From: a virus
Lineage: Duplodnaviria; Caudoviricetes
Strand: one strand, 5' to 3'
IMG/VR virus record: IMGVR_UViG_3300037483_000040
Coordinates: 1-45,310 of that record
DNA length: 45,310 nt
Shown here in pieces: positions 35,817-43,127 of the stretch. The notes beneath the pieces are model-generated. The model made no database searches, was not told the origin of the DNA, and saw only the letters and a list, made by a program, of their open reading frames with translations. Position numbers and translations under genes: made by a program. The stretch's first letter is position 1. Every line of letters starts with the position of its first letter.

Positions 35817-35841
35817 GTCCAAACATACCCACAGGAGCTTT

Positions 35842-36213
35842 GTGTCGTTCGAGTTTACTGGCGAGCGTGCCGACGAGGCACGTGACGCAACCCTTTCTTA
35901 CATGAAGGACCTACTAGACGTCTTCGAGACTGCTACCACGAACATTCGACACGAGATCGAACAGGGTCCGAGGCATCTGCCTTGTATTCTAGCCAACCTC
36001 GTCGTACAGGGTGGTCTCATCGACGAGTGGAATGCGATGGTAGCTGCGAAGCTCGGACCTGAAATGTATAGCACGGCTGTAGAGCAAGCGTCTGAAATGT
36101 ATATCGAAGTTCATGCACGTGCGTTCAATAGGATGACGATCGAGGAAAGGCTGACCCTTCTTCAAAGGCTTATAGCAACAGCACAAATCCAAAGTGCTAG
36201 GAGGAACAACTAG
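35842..36213 (+). CDS. hypothetical protein
   Basis: AGGAG SD before the GTG at 35842; the 35635 start runs through the hairpin region and is unlikely. Confidence 0.7.
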   Translation: MSFEFTGERADEARDATLSYMKDLLDVFETATTNIRHEIEQGPRHLPCILANLVVQGGLIDEWNAMVAAKLGPEMYSTAVEQASEMYIEVHARAFNRMTIEERLTLLQRLIATAQIQSARRNN

Positions 36214-36518
36214 TGACCGTCAAGCGCAGTGCTATCGAAGTGCTAGAAGACCTACGTCTTCGGACTGAGCCAAGGCGCTTTCTGGTTACGAGGAAGTTCA
36301 TGGATCCTCGTCGAGGCAATAAGGGTATCGAGAATCTGGTTGTGCGAGCGGATAATGCGGCTGATGCAAGTCGCTTGGCTAGCCTGACAGTGTACGATGA
36401 CAACATCTCTTTCAAGCTCGAGATGGAACGCAAGCGAATGCACGCGTGGTGGGAATCAGATGGTTGGTTGTACCCCGATAAGGTAATCAAACGCCTAGGA
36501 GTGAACAATGGCAGATAG
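36213..36518 (+). CDS. hypothetical protein
   Basis: AGGAGG SD; coupled. Confidence 0.7.
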   Translation: MTVKRSAIEVLEDLRLRTEPRRFLVTRKFMDPRRGNKGIENLVVRADNAADASRLASLTVYDDNISFKLEMERKRMHAWWESDGWLYPDKVIKRLGVNNGR

Positions 36519-36927
36519 TACCAACCCTACGCAGCTGGAGTTGCTGGATCTGACTCATCGAGTCGATGCCATCGAGGAGGATGGCAACCTCGTGAGTAGT
36601 ATGGCCCTAAGCCAGCGCATTCATGCTCTCGAGGCAGAGCATGAGCGTCCGAAGGACAAGTTCGATGTCGCAACCCTCATCGGTGAGCACCTCGAGACTC
36701 AGCACGGCATCGAGGTCGTCGAGGTTAACGAGAAGACTCAAGGTCCCTTGGGAGGCACGAGTTCGCAGGTTCTACTCAAACTCGTTGCACCTCGAGGCAC
36801 ATACAGGTATGTCGCAGTGAACGTCTACGATGATGGTACCATCCAGAAGTATGGCGCTGCGCGTGTACAGGCAGCGTCTGCTCAGACCATCATGCACACT
36901 GTCAAAGAAGGTGACCTCCTACCGTAA
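36508..36927 (+). CDS. hypothetical protein
   Basis: AGGAG SD; coupled. Confidence 0.7.
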   Translation: MADSTNPTQLELLDLTHRVDAIEEDGNLVSSMALSQRIHALEAEHERPKDKFDVATLIGEHLETQHGIEVVEVNEKTQGPLGGTSSQVLLKLVAPRGTYRYVAVNVYDDGTIQKYGAARVQAASAQTIMHTVKEGDLLP

Positions 36928-36954
36928 GTCCCAGAAGATTTCACAGCTGACCAC

Positions 36955-36984
36955 GTGAAATGCTCCGCGTGGGAGTTGTATAAT
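36955..36984 (+). promoter_or_regulatory. promoter GTGAAA-N18-TATAAT
   Basis: Boxes at 36955-36960 and 36979-36984; spacer begins TGCTCC as in related promoters. Confidence 0.65.
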
Positions 36985-37037
36985 AAATCAAAGATCAAGC
37001 GCAGCAGCGCAATGAGAACAACCCAGGAGAACCTATC

Positions 37038-37475
37038 ATGAGCATGTACGATGACACCGAGCAGGAGCAGGAGCAGGATGGCATTCAGGGTCTGGCGAGT
37101 GAGCTGACTGATGATGACGCTCCCACCGATGAGACTCCTGCCACTGAGAGCGATGAGACGCCTGAGGCTGCAGCGAAGCCCGTGTCGACCAAGACGGCTG
37201 TGCCTGACGGCCACGAGGCTCCTGTCGCCTTCGCTCGCCGAGTCGATCCGAACATGAAGCCGCAGGTGATGTATGGCTACGTCAGGGGTAACCCTGAGCT
37301 GAAGAAGATCCTTCACGACCTTGGCGAGACGGCCAAGCCGCGCTTCGTGATTCCGATCAACGAGGGTCTTGAGTGGTGGGGGAGCATCCAGGCTAAGCGT
37401 GCTGCGCGTGCTGCCGCTACTGTTACCACCACCCCTGTCGCTACGCCTCCGGAGGATGTCCCCGTCGAGGCGTGA
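37038..37475 (+). CDS. HTH-like protein with acidic disordered N-terminus (paralog 3)
   Basis: APVAFARRVDPNMKPQVMYGYVR motif; AGGAG SD; own promoter. Confidence 0.75.
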   Translation: MSMYDDTEQEQEQDGIQGLASELTDDDAPTDETPATESDETPEAAAKPVSTKTAVPDGHEAPVAFARRVDPNMKPQVMYGYVRGNPELKKILHDLGETAKPRFVIPINEGLEWWGSIQAKRAARAAATVTTTPVATPPEDVPVEA

Positions 37476-37478
37476 CGA

Positions 37479-37549
37479 TGTGGAGTGACTGGTGACCTAC
37501 TAGGGCATCTTTGCAATGGATTCCTTTCGGAGCCAGTCACTCCACACCA
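37479..37549 (+). ncRNA. tRNA-mimic-like RNA: 13-14-bp closing stem ending in ACCA, with internal 7-nt TT-GCA-AT loop
   Basis: TGTGGAGTGACTGG pairs with CCAGTCACTCCACA, followed by CCA; three small internal arms. Confidence 0.55.
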
Positions 37550-37617
37550 GGTTAGGTAAGCTCAATTGGCAGAGCTCCGGGACGCCGGGTGTGTAGGTTC
37601 GAGTCCTACCCTTTCCA
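37550..37617 (+). tRNA. tRNA-like element with canonical D- and T-arms but a 4-nt loop in place of the anticodon loop (pseudo-tRNA or mimic)
   Basis: D-arm AGCTCAATTGGCAGAGC; T-arm GTAGG-TTCGAGT-CCTAC; middle arm TCCGG-GACG-CCGGG; acceptor stem has 2 mismatches. Confidence 0.6.
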
Positions 37618-37621
37618 CATC

Positions 37622-37875
37622 GGGGGAGTCGGTGCCCGTGACCCTGAAAGATGGCCTGTTCTCGGCGAACGGGCATCGGCTTCCTCTCAGTACAGGGTCT
37701 AACACTAGGTAAGAGTCGAAGCCCGAAACAGTGTTGGCCGGGCCTGATCACCTTGTTCGATCGTATGAATACAACAGAGCGCTCCAACCCCTGAGTGCAT
37801 CCTAGACTAGCCCGACAAGTCGACCCAACTGGTGCTCCCTCTCCCTGCACCCATAGGTCCTTGTCGGGCTAGTCT
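37622..37875 (+). ncRNA. further structured RNA domains (cluster 2); the last hairpin may also act as terminator
   Basis: 18-bp stem 37622-37639/37669-37686 with 4 G-U pairs; 16-bp perfect stem 37804-37819/37860-37875 enclosing nested stems. Confidence 0.6.
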
Positions 37876-37889
37876 TCTCTTTCCGATAG

Positions 37890-38192
37890 GTGGTACAAAT
37901 GGTCCATAACAGTCCGACAGGTGAAGATCCTGAAAATTATACCATCCTAGTGGTAAATTCTGCTATTACCAAACCTAAGATTCAGAGCAAGGAGTTCAGC
38001 AAAGCATCTATGGCCCTGTGGTGTGTTGTGATCATAGCCGGGTTGGTACTAGAGGCTGTTGGCTTGCACAGCATCAACGACTCTTGGCCGCCACTAACAC
38101 ACATCGTTGTCACGTACGTTCCACAAGCAGCTACTCTGGGCTTCATTGGTTGGCTGAAGAGCCACTTCACCGAAGCTTACGAGAGTGACTGA
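37890..38192 (+). CDS. membrane protein (2 TM)
   Basis: Two hydrophobic segments; the start may be the ATG at 37899. Confidence 0.6.
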   Translation: MVQMVHNSPTGEDPENYTILVVNSAITKPKIQSKEFSKASMALWCVVIIAGLVLEAVGLHSINDSWPPLTHIVVTYVPQAATLGFIGWLKSHFTEAYESD

Positions 38193-38313
38193 CCTACTTG
38201 GTGTTCCTTGGGACAACGATGATGAGGATGAACCCTACGATCGTGAGATAGATTGGGAGCTACTGCTCACAGAAGAAGAGGACTACGAAAGGGATCAGGA
38301 TGACAAACGATGA
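38185..38313 (+). CDS. 42-aa very acidic microprotein (not in ORF track)
   Basis: MTDLLGVPWDNDDEDEPYDREIDWELLLTEEEDYERDQDDKR; overlaps both neighbours and fills the gap. Confidence 0.55.
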   Translation: MTDLLGVPWDNDDEDEPYDREIDWELLLTEEEDYERDQDDKR

Positions 38314-38440
38314 CAACAGTGATGAGTGCTCAGAGTGCTATGCAAGAATCTGGCTAGTCGACGGGAACGTAAGCGACGATGAAGAAGGCACTGTCGAGCA
38401 CGATTGTCCAGGAGAACCTGACGATGACTATGAAGCCTGA
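38300..38440 (+). CDS. 46-aa acidic CxxC...HxC microprotein (not in ORF track)
   Basis: MTNDDNSDECSECYARIWLVDGNVSDDEEGTVEHDCPGEPDDDYEA; AAGGGA SD. Confidence 0.6.
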   Translation: MTNDDNSDECSECYARIWLVDGNVSDDEEGTVEHDCPGEPDDDYEA

Positions 38441-39386
38441 CGATTTCAAGCCAATGCTTGCCTGTCCTATGGACATGAGCAAGATGAGTAAGTATGAACA
38501 CTACTCGATGGAAGTCAAGCTAGACGGTGTGCGCTGTATTGCTATCAAAGACCCACAGGGCAAGGTGTCGCTGTGGACACGTCAGGGTAACGAGATGACT
38601 CACAAGCTCAGACATCTCGTCGAGCAACTTCGAGGCATTCGAGGCTCATGGGTTCTTGATGGTGAGATCGGTTACTCAGTTGCTGATGAGGACCTTACCT
38701 ATGATGATCAGCCTGTTGTGATTGATATGGATTTCAATGCGACGATTCGCATCGTCGGTAGCGATCCTGATGTTGCAGAGCTTAAACAGCAACGGAACTA
38801 TCACGAGGGCCGAGGACGCATTGACTTCGTTGCCTTCGACATCATGCATAAAGGTAACTATCCTGCTTATCGACTTGAACAAGAGGAACGTCGAAGAGGA
38901 CTCGTGCACCTCTTCACCAACCAGGTTAGTCAGCCAATGAATAACGTGAAGCTCGTCACTTCATATCCTCGATGGGATGATTCCATCTACGAGTACATTG
39001 TGAATCGTGGAGGCGAGGGAGTCATCCTCAAGAATCCTGAAGCAGCTTACCAATTCGGAAAGCGTCGAGCGAACACTTGGTACAAGATCAAGAAGTTCGA
39101 AACGGTTGATGCTAGGATCATCGGGTACAAACTAGGTGAAGGCAAATACAGGAGTCAGATTGGCGCACTACATGTCGCACCAATTATCGAATCGACCTTG
39201 ATAGACACGCTTACTTGGGTTAGTGGTATGACAGACGTCGAACGTCAGCATATGACTGAGCACTTCCCTACAGAGTACAAGAACAAGATGTGCGAGATCC
39301 GTCACTTCGGATTCGTTGGTCAGTACAAGGAAGGACTCCGACACCCTCAGTTCCTACGTATGCGACCTGATCTGGATGTATCTTGA
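38424..39386 (+). CDS. ATP-dependent DNA ligase
   Basis: EVKLDGVR (adenylated Lys), LDGEI, FVAFDI, EGVILK, WYKIK and LRHPQF..R.D; AGGAG SD before 38424. Confidence 0.95.
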   Translation: MTMKPDDFKPMLACPMDMSKMSKYEHYSMEVKLDGVRCIAIKDPQGKVSLWTRQGNEMTHKLRHLVEQLRGIRGSWVLDGEIGYSVADEDLTYDDQPVVIDMDFNATIRIVGSDPDVAELKQQRNYHEGRGRIDFVAFDIMHKGNYPAYRLEQEERRRGLVHLFTNQVSQPMNNVKLVTSYPRWDDSIYEYIVNRGGEGVILKNPEAAYQFGKRRANTWYKIKKFETVDARIIGYKLGEGKYRSQIGALHVAPIIESTLIDTLTWVSGMTDVERQHMTEHFPTEYKNKMCEIRHFGFVGQYKEGLRHPQFLRMRPDLDVS

Positions 39387-39412
39387 TTTGCTCCATCTGT
39401 CTATTATATAAT
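39383..39412 (+). promoter_or_regulatory. promoter TTGATT-N18-TATAAT
   Basis: Boxes at 39383-39388 and 39407-39412. Confidence 0.75.
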
Positions 39413-39439
39413 TATACAACAAGTTGACAGAGGAGACGA

Positions 39440-39685
39440 GTGGCGAGGTTCCTACTACTTAGGTTTACAGAGAGTCAGGTAGAGATTCTCGAGGCACTAC
39501 TCGAAGGGTGGGTTGAAGAGCTCGAAGCAACTGAAGAGAAGGTTAAGACAGATAGGATCTACGACACAGTCGAAGAGCTTCTAGAGGCTGTAGATAACAT
39601 GCGGAACATGAGTAGTGACTCTAAAGAAGCCCTTCAGGAACTAAGGAAGGTGAGAAGGAATGTCAGCCCCTCCGGCGAACTTTGA
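39440..39685 (+). CDS. hypothetical acidic helical protein
   Basis: GAGGAG SD; promoter upstream. Confidence 0.65.
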   Translation: MARFLLLRFTESQVEILEALLEGWVEELEATEEKVKTDRIYDTVEELLEAVDNMRNMSSDSKEALQELRKVRRNVSPSGEL

Positions 39686-40124
39686 GCACTGCACCACCAT
39701 CTATGATATGATGGCTACAGAAGCAAAGACCGAAGAGATCGATGGTACGTCTACCCTTGTTTGGGAAGGACATACTACTAAGCTGTTCGAGAAGGCTGCT
39801 CTTGCGCAGCCCTACTACACTTCAGTTCTACACAAGCTGAGAGCAATGGGTTGCATTCTTCAGTTGCAGCGTGGAGGAGGAGGAGGATTCAGTAAGTGGG
39901 CCCTACTCACCTCTCCTACTCTATCGGTGTTCGATGCTAGTAAGGATCGAGCCTCTGGCAGACCTACGCCTGCAGACATTCAGAACCAGCGGCTGCGCGA
40001 TGTTATGAACCTGATTACTACAGTCAATAGTCATATGGATAGTGTCGAGTCCTGGTTACATAACCTAGATAAGGATGTCAATCAGCTTCTCATCGATGTG
40101 GAGGCGCTGAAGAATGACGACTGA
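39660..40124 (+). CDS. hypothetical protein (possible winged helix plus coiled coil)
   Basis: YYTSVLHKLRAMGCILQLQRGGGG helix-wing-like segment; heptad C-terminus. Confidence 0.7.
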   Translation: MSAPPANFEHCTTIYDMMATEAKTEEIDGTSTLVWEGHTTKLFEKAALAQPYYTSVLHKLRAMGCILQLQRGGGGGFSKWALLTSPTLSVFDASKDRASGRPTPADIQNQRLRDVMNLITTVNSHMDSVESWLHNLDKDVNQLLIDVEALKNDD

Positions 40125-40431
40125 TACCACCTTTGAAGAGGCGAAGCGCTGTCCTCGATGTACTCAACCAGGTGAGCAGATCAATGCGCATACAGAGCAA
40201 CGCCCTCGTAGAGGTCTAGCTACTATCTATACCATCATTTGTCGCAACGAGCGATGCAACAGATTCGACCGTACGTGGATCATTCAGGTGAATGCAGATG
40301 GTACCATTCCCATCAGGCAGAAGGGAGCCAAGGAGTTCCCTAGTGCAAAGCGCATGGTGAGTATGGGTTCAGCATACGTAGATTACCTGAGAGGAGAGAT
40401 GGAGAGAGGCGAGACTAAGGGTATTCAATAG
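40114..40431 (+). CDS. zinc-finger protein
   Basis: CPRC...CRNERC; GGAGG SD. Confidence 0.7.
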   Translation: MTTDTTFEEAKRCPRCTQPGEQINAHTEQRPRRGLATIYTIICRNERCNRFDRTWIIQVNADGTIPIRQKGAKEFPSAKRMVSMGSAYVDYLRGEMERGETKGIQ

Positions 40432-40433
40432 TA

Positions 40434-40560
40434 TCTCTCTTGAGGTCTAACTGAGGTTCAAAGAGATCAGTGATAACCTATCACGAGCGCTAGGTCAATC
40501 GAGTCTAATAGGAATCTAAATAGGTTAGACGAGAAGAGACTAGCGCTAGCGAGAGCTAAG
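40434..40560. repeat. copy B of the ~125-bp degenerate inverted repeat (partner at 5954-6077)
   Basis: Fills the intergenic gap; the reverse complement aligns colinearly with 5954-6077. Confidence 0.85.
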
Positions 40561-40576
40561 AGCTTAGAGGTCAACG

Positions 40577-40867
40577 ATGAAGATCAACGTATCAGGGAGT
40601 AGTGCACAGATAGAAGGACCAGGAGGGCGAGTTCTCTATGCACAACTAGCAAAGGTCTACCGCACACCATCCGAGAGTCGCCAAGGAAAGTTCCACTTCA
40701 CCATTCTCGATCTGACTAGCCACGATCCGAAGTACCCGATGTGCACTTGTGAAGGCTATCAGTATCGTGGTAAGTGTAAACACGCTGATGGTGTATGGAA
40801 AGCTCATGCCAACGAAGCTCCTGTGGTGTCTGTTGAGGACAAGGACGGGTTGGCAAAGGAGCAGTAA
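40577..40867 (+). CDS. SWIM zinc-finger protein
   Basis: CTC..Y.YRGKCKH (CxC...CxH). Confidence 0.8.
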   Translation: MKINVSGSSAQIEGPGGRVLYAQLAKVYRTPSESRQGKFHFTILDLTSHDPKYPMCTCEGYQYRGKCKHADGVWKAHANEAPVVSVEDKDGLAKEQ

Positions 40868-40974
40868 TGGATGATAATATGGCATTCGCTATTGCAGCTG
40901 TGCTCTGGTTGTTCATCGAGCTAGCACTACTGATCAAGAACATGATCCTGCTTCAAAGAGAGGACAAGCCCTGA
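40867..40974 (+). CDS. 35-aa single-TM microprotein (not in ORF track)
   Basis: MDDNMAFAIAAVLWLFIELALLIKNMILLQREDKP; TAATG and TGATG coupling on the two sides; AAGGAG SD. Confidence 0.65.
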   Translation: MDDNMAFAIAAVLWLFIELALLIKNMILLQREDKP

Positions 40975-41219
40975 TGAAACCGAAGCTTCATATGTACGAG
41001 ATAGGAGCAACGAGGATGAAGCAGCACAACAGCGGAGGTAGTTACAGAAGTAACTTCAGCCACAACGTTCTTACTGACTCAGTGACTCGTGCCCTGGAAC
41101 TCTTCTTCGAGGAGTACCCTGGGGCTGATGTTCACAGCGTTCTGAAGCGCGACAAGGTAGACGGTATCCAATTCGATCCGAGGTTGGCCAATGACGATCA
41201 GAGTGATCCGAATCCTTGA
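40974..41219 (+). CDS. hypothetical protein
   Basis: Coupled; GAGGA SD. Confidence 0.65.
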   Translation: MKPKLHMYEIGATRMKQHNSGGSYRSNFSHNVLTDSVTRALELFFEEYPGADVHSVLKRDKVDGIQFDPRLANDDQSDPNP

Positions 41220-41385
41220 GTATGAGTTCAGAGACGCCAAGGCGTACGAAGACGATCGGTATCAGTGGACTCACGGGGTCGAGGCACACAACATGACCAT
41301 GCGGTGTGCTGTGCTATCGGTTGAGTTCCTGTCTGAGGAAGGAACAGATTTGGTAGGCAGAGCTTCCCACGAAAGGGATGACTAA
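41191..41385 (+). CDS. hypothetical protein
   Basis: GAGGT SD; packed in the operon. Confidence 0.55.
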   Translation: MTIRVIRILEYEFRDAKAYEDDRYQWTHGVEAHNMTMRCAVLSVEFLSEEGTDLVGRASHERDD

Positions 41386-41387
41386 TA

Positions 41388-41603
41388 ATGTATTATGAGT
41401 ATGAGAAGAGACGTGTTGAGCGCGAGCGTATCCACAAAGCAAGGCGCATGACTGTTAAGCAGCTGAGAGACTTCATTCAAGGCCTTCCTGATGAGATGAC
41501 TATCGTGGCCGAGGTACCAGACGTCGAGGGCGAGGTCCTGGGTGCTCATGTAGGTATACTCAATCGTCTTGATGAAGAGCAACTAATCCTGAAGATGGAC
41601 TAA
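41388..41603 (+). CDS. hypothetical protein
   Basis: MTVKQLRDFIQGLPDEM pattern common in phages; coupled to the helicase. Confidence 0.65.
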   Translation: MYYEYEKRRVERERIHKARRMTVKQLRDFIQGLPDEMTIVAEVPDVEGEVLGAHVGILNRLDEEQLILKMD

Positions 41604-43060
41604 TGAAGACACTCTATCAGTATCAGAAAGAAACGGTAGATAAGTTCAGCAATCAGGTAGCTGTTCTCGATGCTTCTGAGATGGGTACAGGTAAGACGTT
41701 TGTAGCTAGTGAACTCGATATGATACGAAGGGAACAAGGTAAAGGTCCTACACTAATCATTGCGCCACTATCTGGTACGATGAACACTTGGCGCAAACAC
41801 TACAAGGAACAATATCCTCATCTGAAAGGTATCGTTTGTGACTCGAAGAACAGGACAAAGTTCGTGCGAGGTCTTGCGAGAACTGATTGGTATAATTACT
41901 ACATCATCCACTGGGACGTGCTTCATAGAGAACTGGGTAGTCTCAATGGAGTACGATGGAACCACATCATTGCAGATGAAGCTCACAGGACTAAGAATCG
42001 AAAGGCACAAACTACAAGAGCTCTCAAGCGCCTTACTACTAGATACAAGTCAGCTCTCTCTGGAACGCCAGTCACAAATCGACCACAGGACCTTTGGTCA
42101 ATCCTAAACTGGTTGTATCCAAGTAAGTGGAATGGCTACTGGAAGTTCTACGAACGCTACTGCGAATATACTATTGAGTATCCTTCTGGCTATCACAAGT
42201 TTAAGGGTGTACAAAACTATGAGGAGCTTCAGGAGCTAATAGATCCGTTCTTCGTAAGACACCTCAAGCGCAGTCCATGTTGTCCTCACCACCCACAGGG
42301 TGTTACCCCTTGGCTCCCTGATAAGACTTATGCTGATCCTATCTGGGTAGACTTGACTCCTAAGCAGCATCGTTCGTATGATGCAATGTCTAAGAACATG
42401 CTAGCTTGGGTTGGAGATCAGTTAGACAAACCTCTTGTTGCAGGTGTAGCTATTGCTAAGCTTGTACGTCTTCAACAGCTAGCACTAGCTCATGCAGATA
42501 TCGATGAGGACTGGTCAGTCATTCTAACGGAGCCTTCATCCAAACTCGATGCACTCATGGAGCTTATTAAGGATAACGAAGGAGAGCAGATAGTTGTCTT
42601 CTCACAGTTCAGTAAGATCATCAAGCTCCTTTCTGCGCGTCTTAAGAAATCCAAGATCCCATCAGGTATCTTCACCGGAGACACCCCAGCAAGAGACCGA
42701 GAGAGGATTGTCCAGAAATTTCAAGCTGGGAAGCTTCGAGTGTTTGCTGGTACAATCAAAGCAGGAGGTGTCGGTCTCGATCTCTTCTCAGCCTCGACAG
42801 TGGTCTTCCTGGATCGTAGTTGGTCGCCCGCAGAGAATCTCCAGTCCGAGGATCGGCTGTGGCGTATCGGGCAGAAGAATTCAGTCACTGTATACGATAT
42901 CATGGCGCGCGACACGGTAGATCTCGGACGCCGTCAAGCTATTCAGGCAAAGTGGAACTGGATCCAAGAGTTGCTAGGTGACCCTCGAGAGAAGCAGTTG
43001 AACAACCAAGACCTCGTTGATGATGCTACAGCACTAGCACGTCAGATCGCTGGCTTCTAA
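41603..43060 (+). CDS. SNF2-family (SF2) helicase/ATPase
   Basis: EMGTGKT, IADEAH, ALSGTP, VVFSQF, GVGLDL and QSEDRLWRIGQ motifs. Confidence 0.95.
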   Translation: MKTLYQYQKETVDKFSNQVAVLDASEMGTGKTFVASELDMIRREQGKGPTLIIAPLSGTMNTWRKHYKEQYPHLKGIVCDSKNRTKFVRGLARTDWYNYYIIHWDVLHRELGSLNGVRWNHIIADEAHRTKNRKAQTTRALKRLTTRYKSALSGTPVTNRPQDLWSILNWLYPSKWNGYWKFYERYCEYTIEYPSGYHKFKGVQNYEELQELIDPFFVRHLKRSPCCPHHPQGVTPWLPDKTYADPIWVDLTPKQHRSYDAMSKNMLAWVGDQLDKPLVAGVAIAKLVRLQQLALAHADIDEDWSVILTEPSSKLDALMELIKDNEGEQIVVFSQFSKIIKLLSARLKKSKIPSGIFTGDTPARDRERIVQKFQAGKLRVFAGTIKAGGVGLDLFSASTVVFLDRSWSPAENLQSEDRLWRIGQKNSVTVYDIMARDTVDLGRRQAIQAKWNWIQELLGDPREKQLNNQDLVDDATALARQIAGF

Positions 43061-43069
43061 GAGTTACAC

Positions 43070-43099
43070 TTGCTTGGGGCCGTTTGTCTAAAGTATAAT
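43070..43099 (+). promoter_or_regulatory. promoter TTGCTT-N18-TATAAT
   Basis: Boxes at 43070-43075 and 43094-43099. Confidence 0.65.
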
Positions 43100-43127
43100 G
43101 TTAATTACAAACGGGAGTAAAGTGTCT

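Noticed and set aside
35635-35841. N-terminal extension of the 192-aa ORF in the track
   Set aside because: It has no SD at 35635 and crosses the hairpin cluster. A good AGGAG SD precedes the GTG at 35842.
37059-37078. GAGCAG x3 repeat
   Set aside because: It encodes EQEQEQ in a low-complexity acidic tail; in frame, with no sign of phase variation.
37550-37617. Calling this a functional decoding tRNA or a tmRNA
   Set aside because: There is no 7-nt anticodon loop and the acceptor is mismatched. There is no G3-U70 alanine identity pair or tag ORF as expected for tmRNA.
37640-37760. Hammerhead ribozyme (CTGA... and CGAAAC present)
   Set aside because: No CUGANGA-stem II-GAAA core could be assembled with correct spacing and stems.
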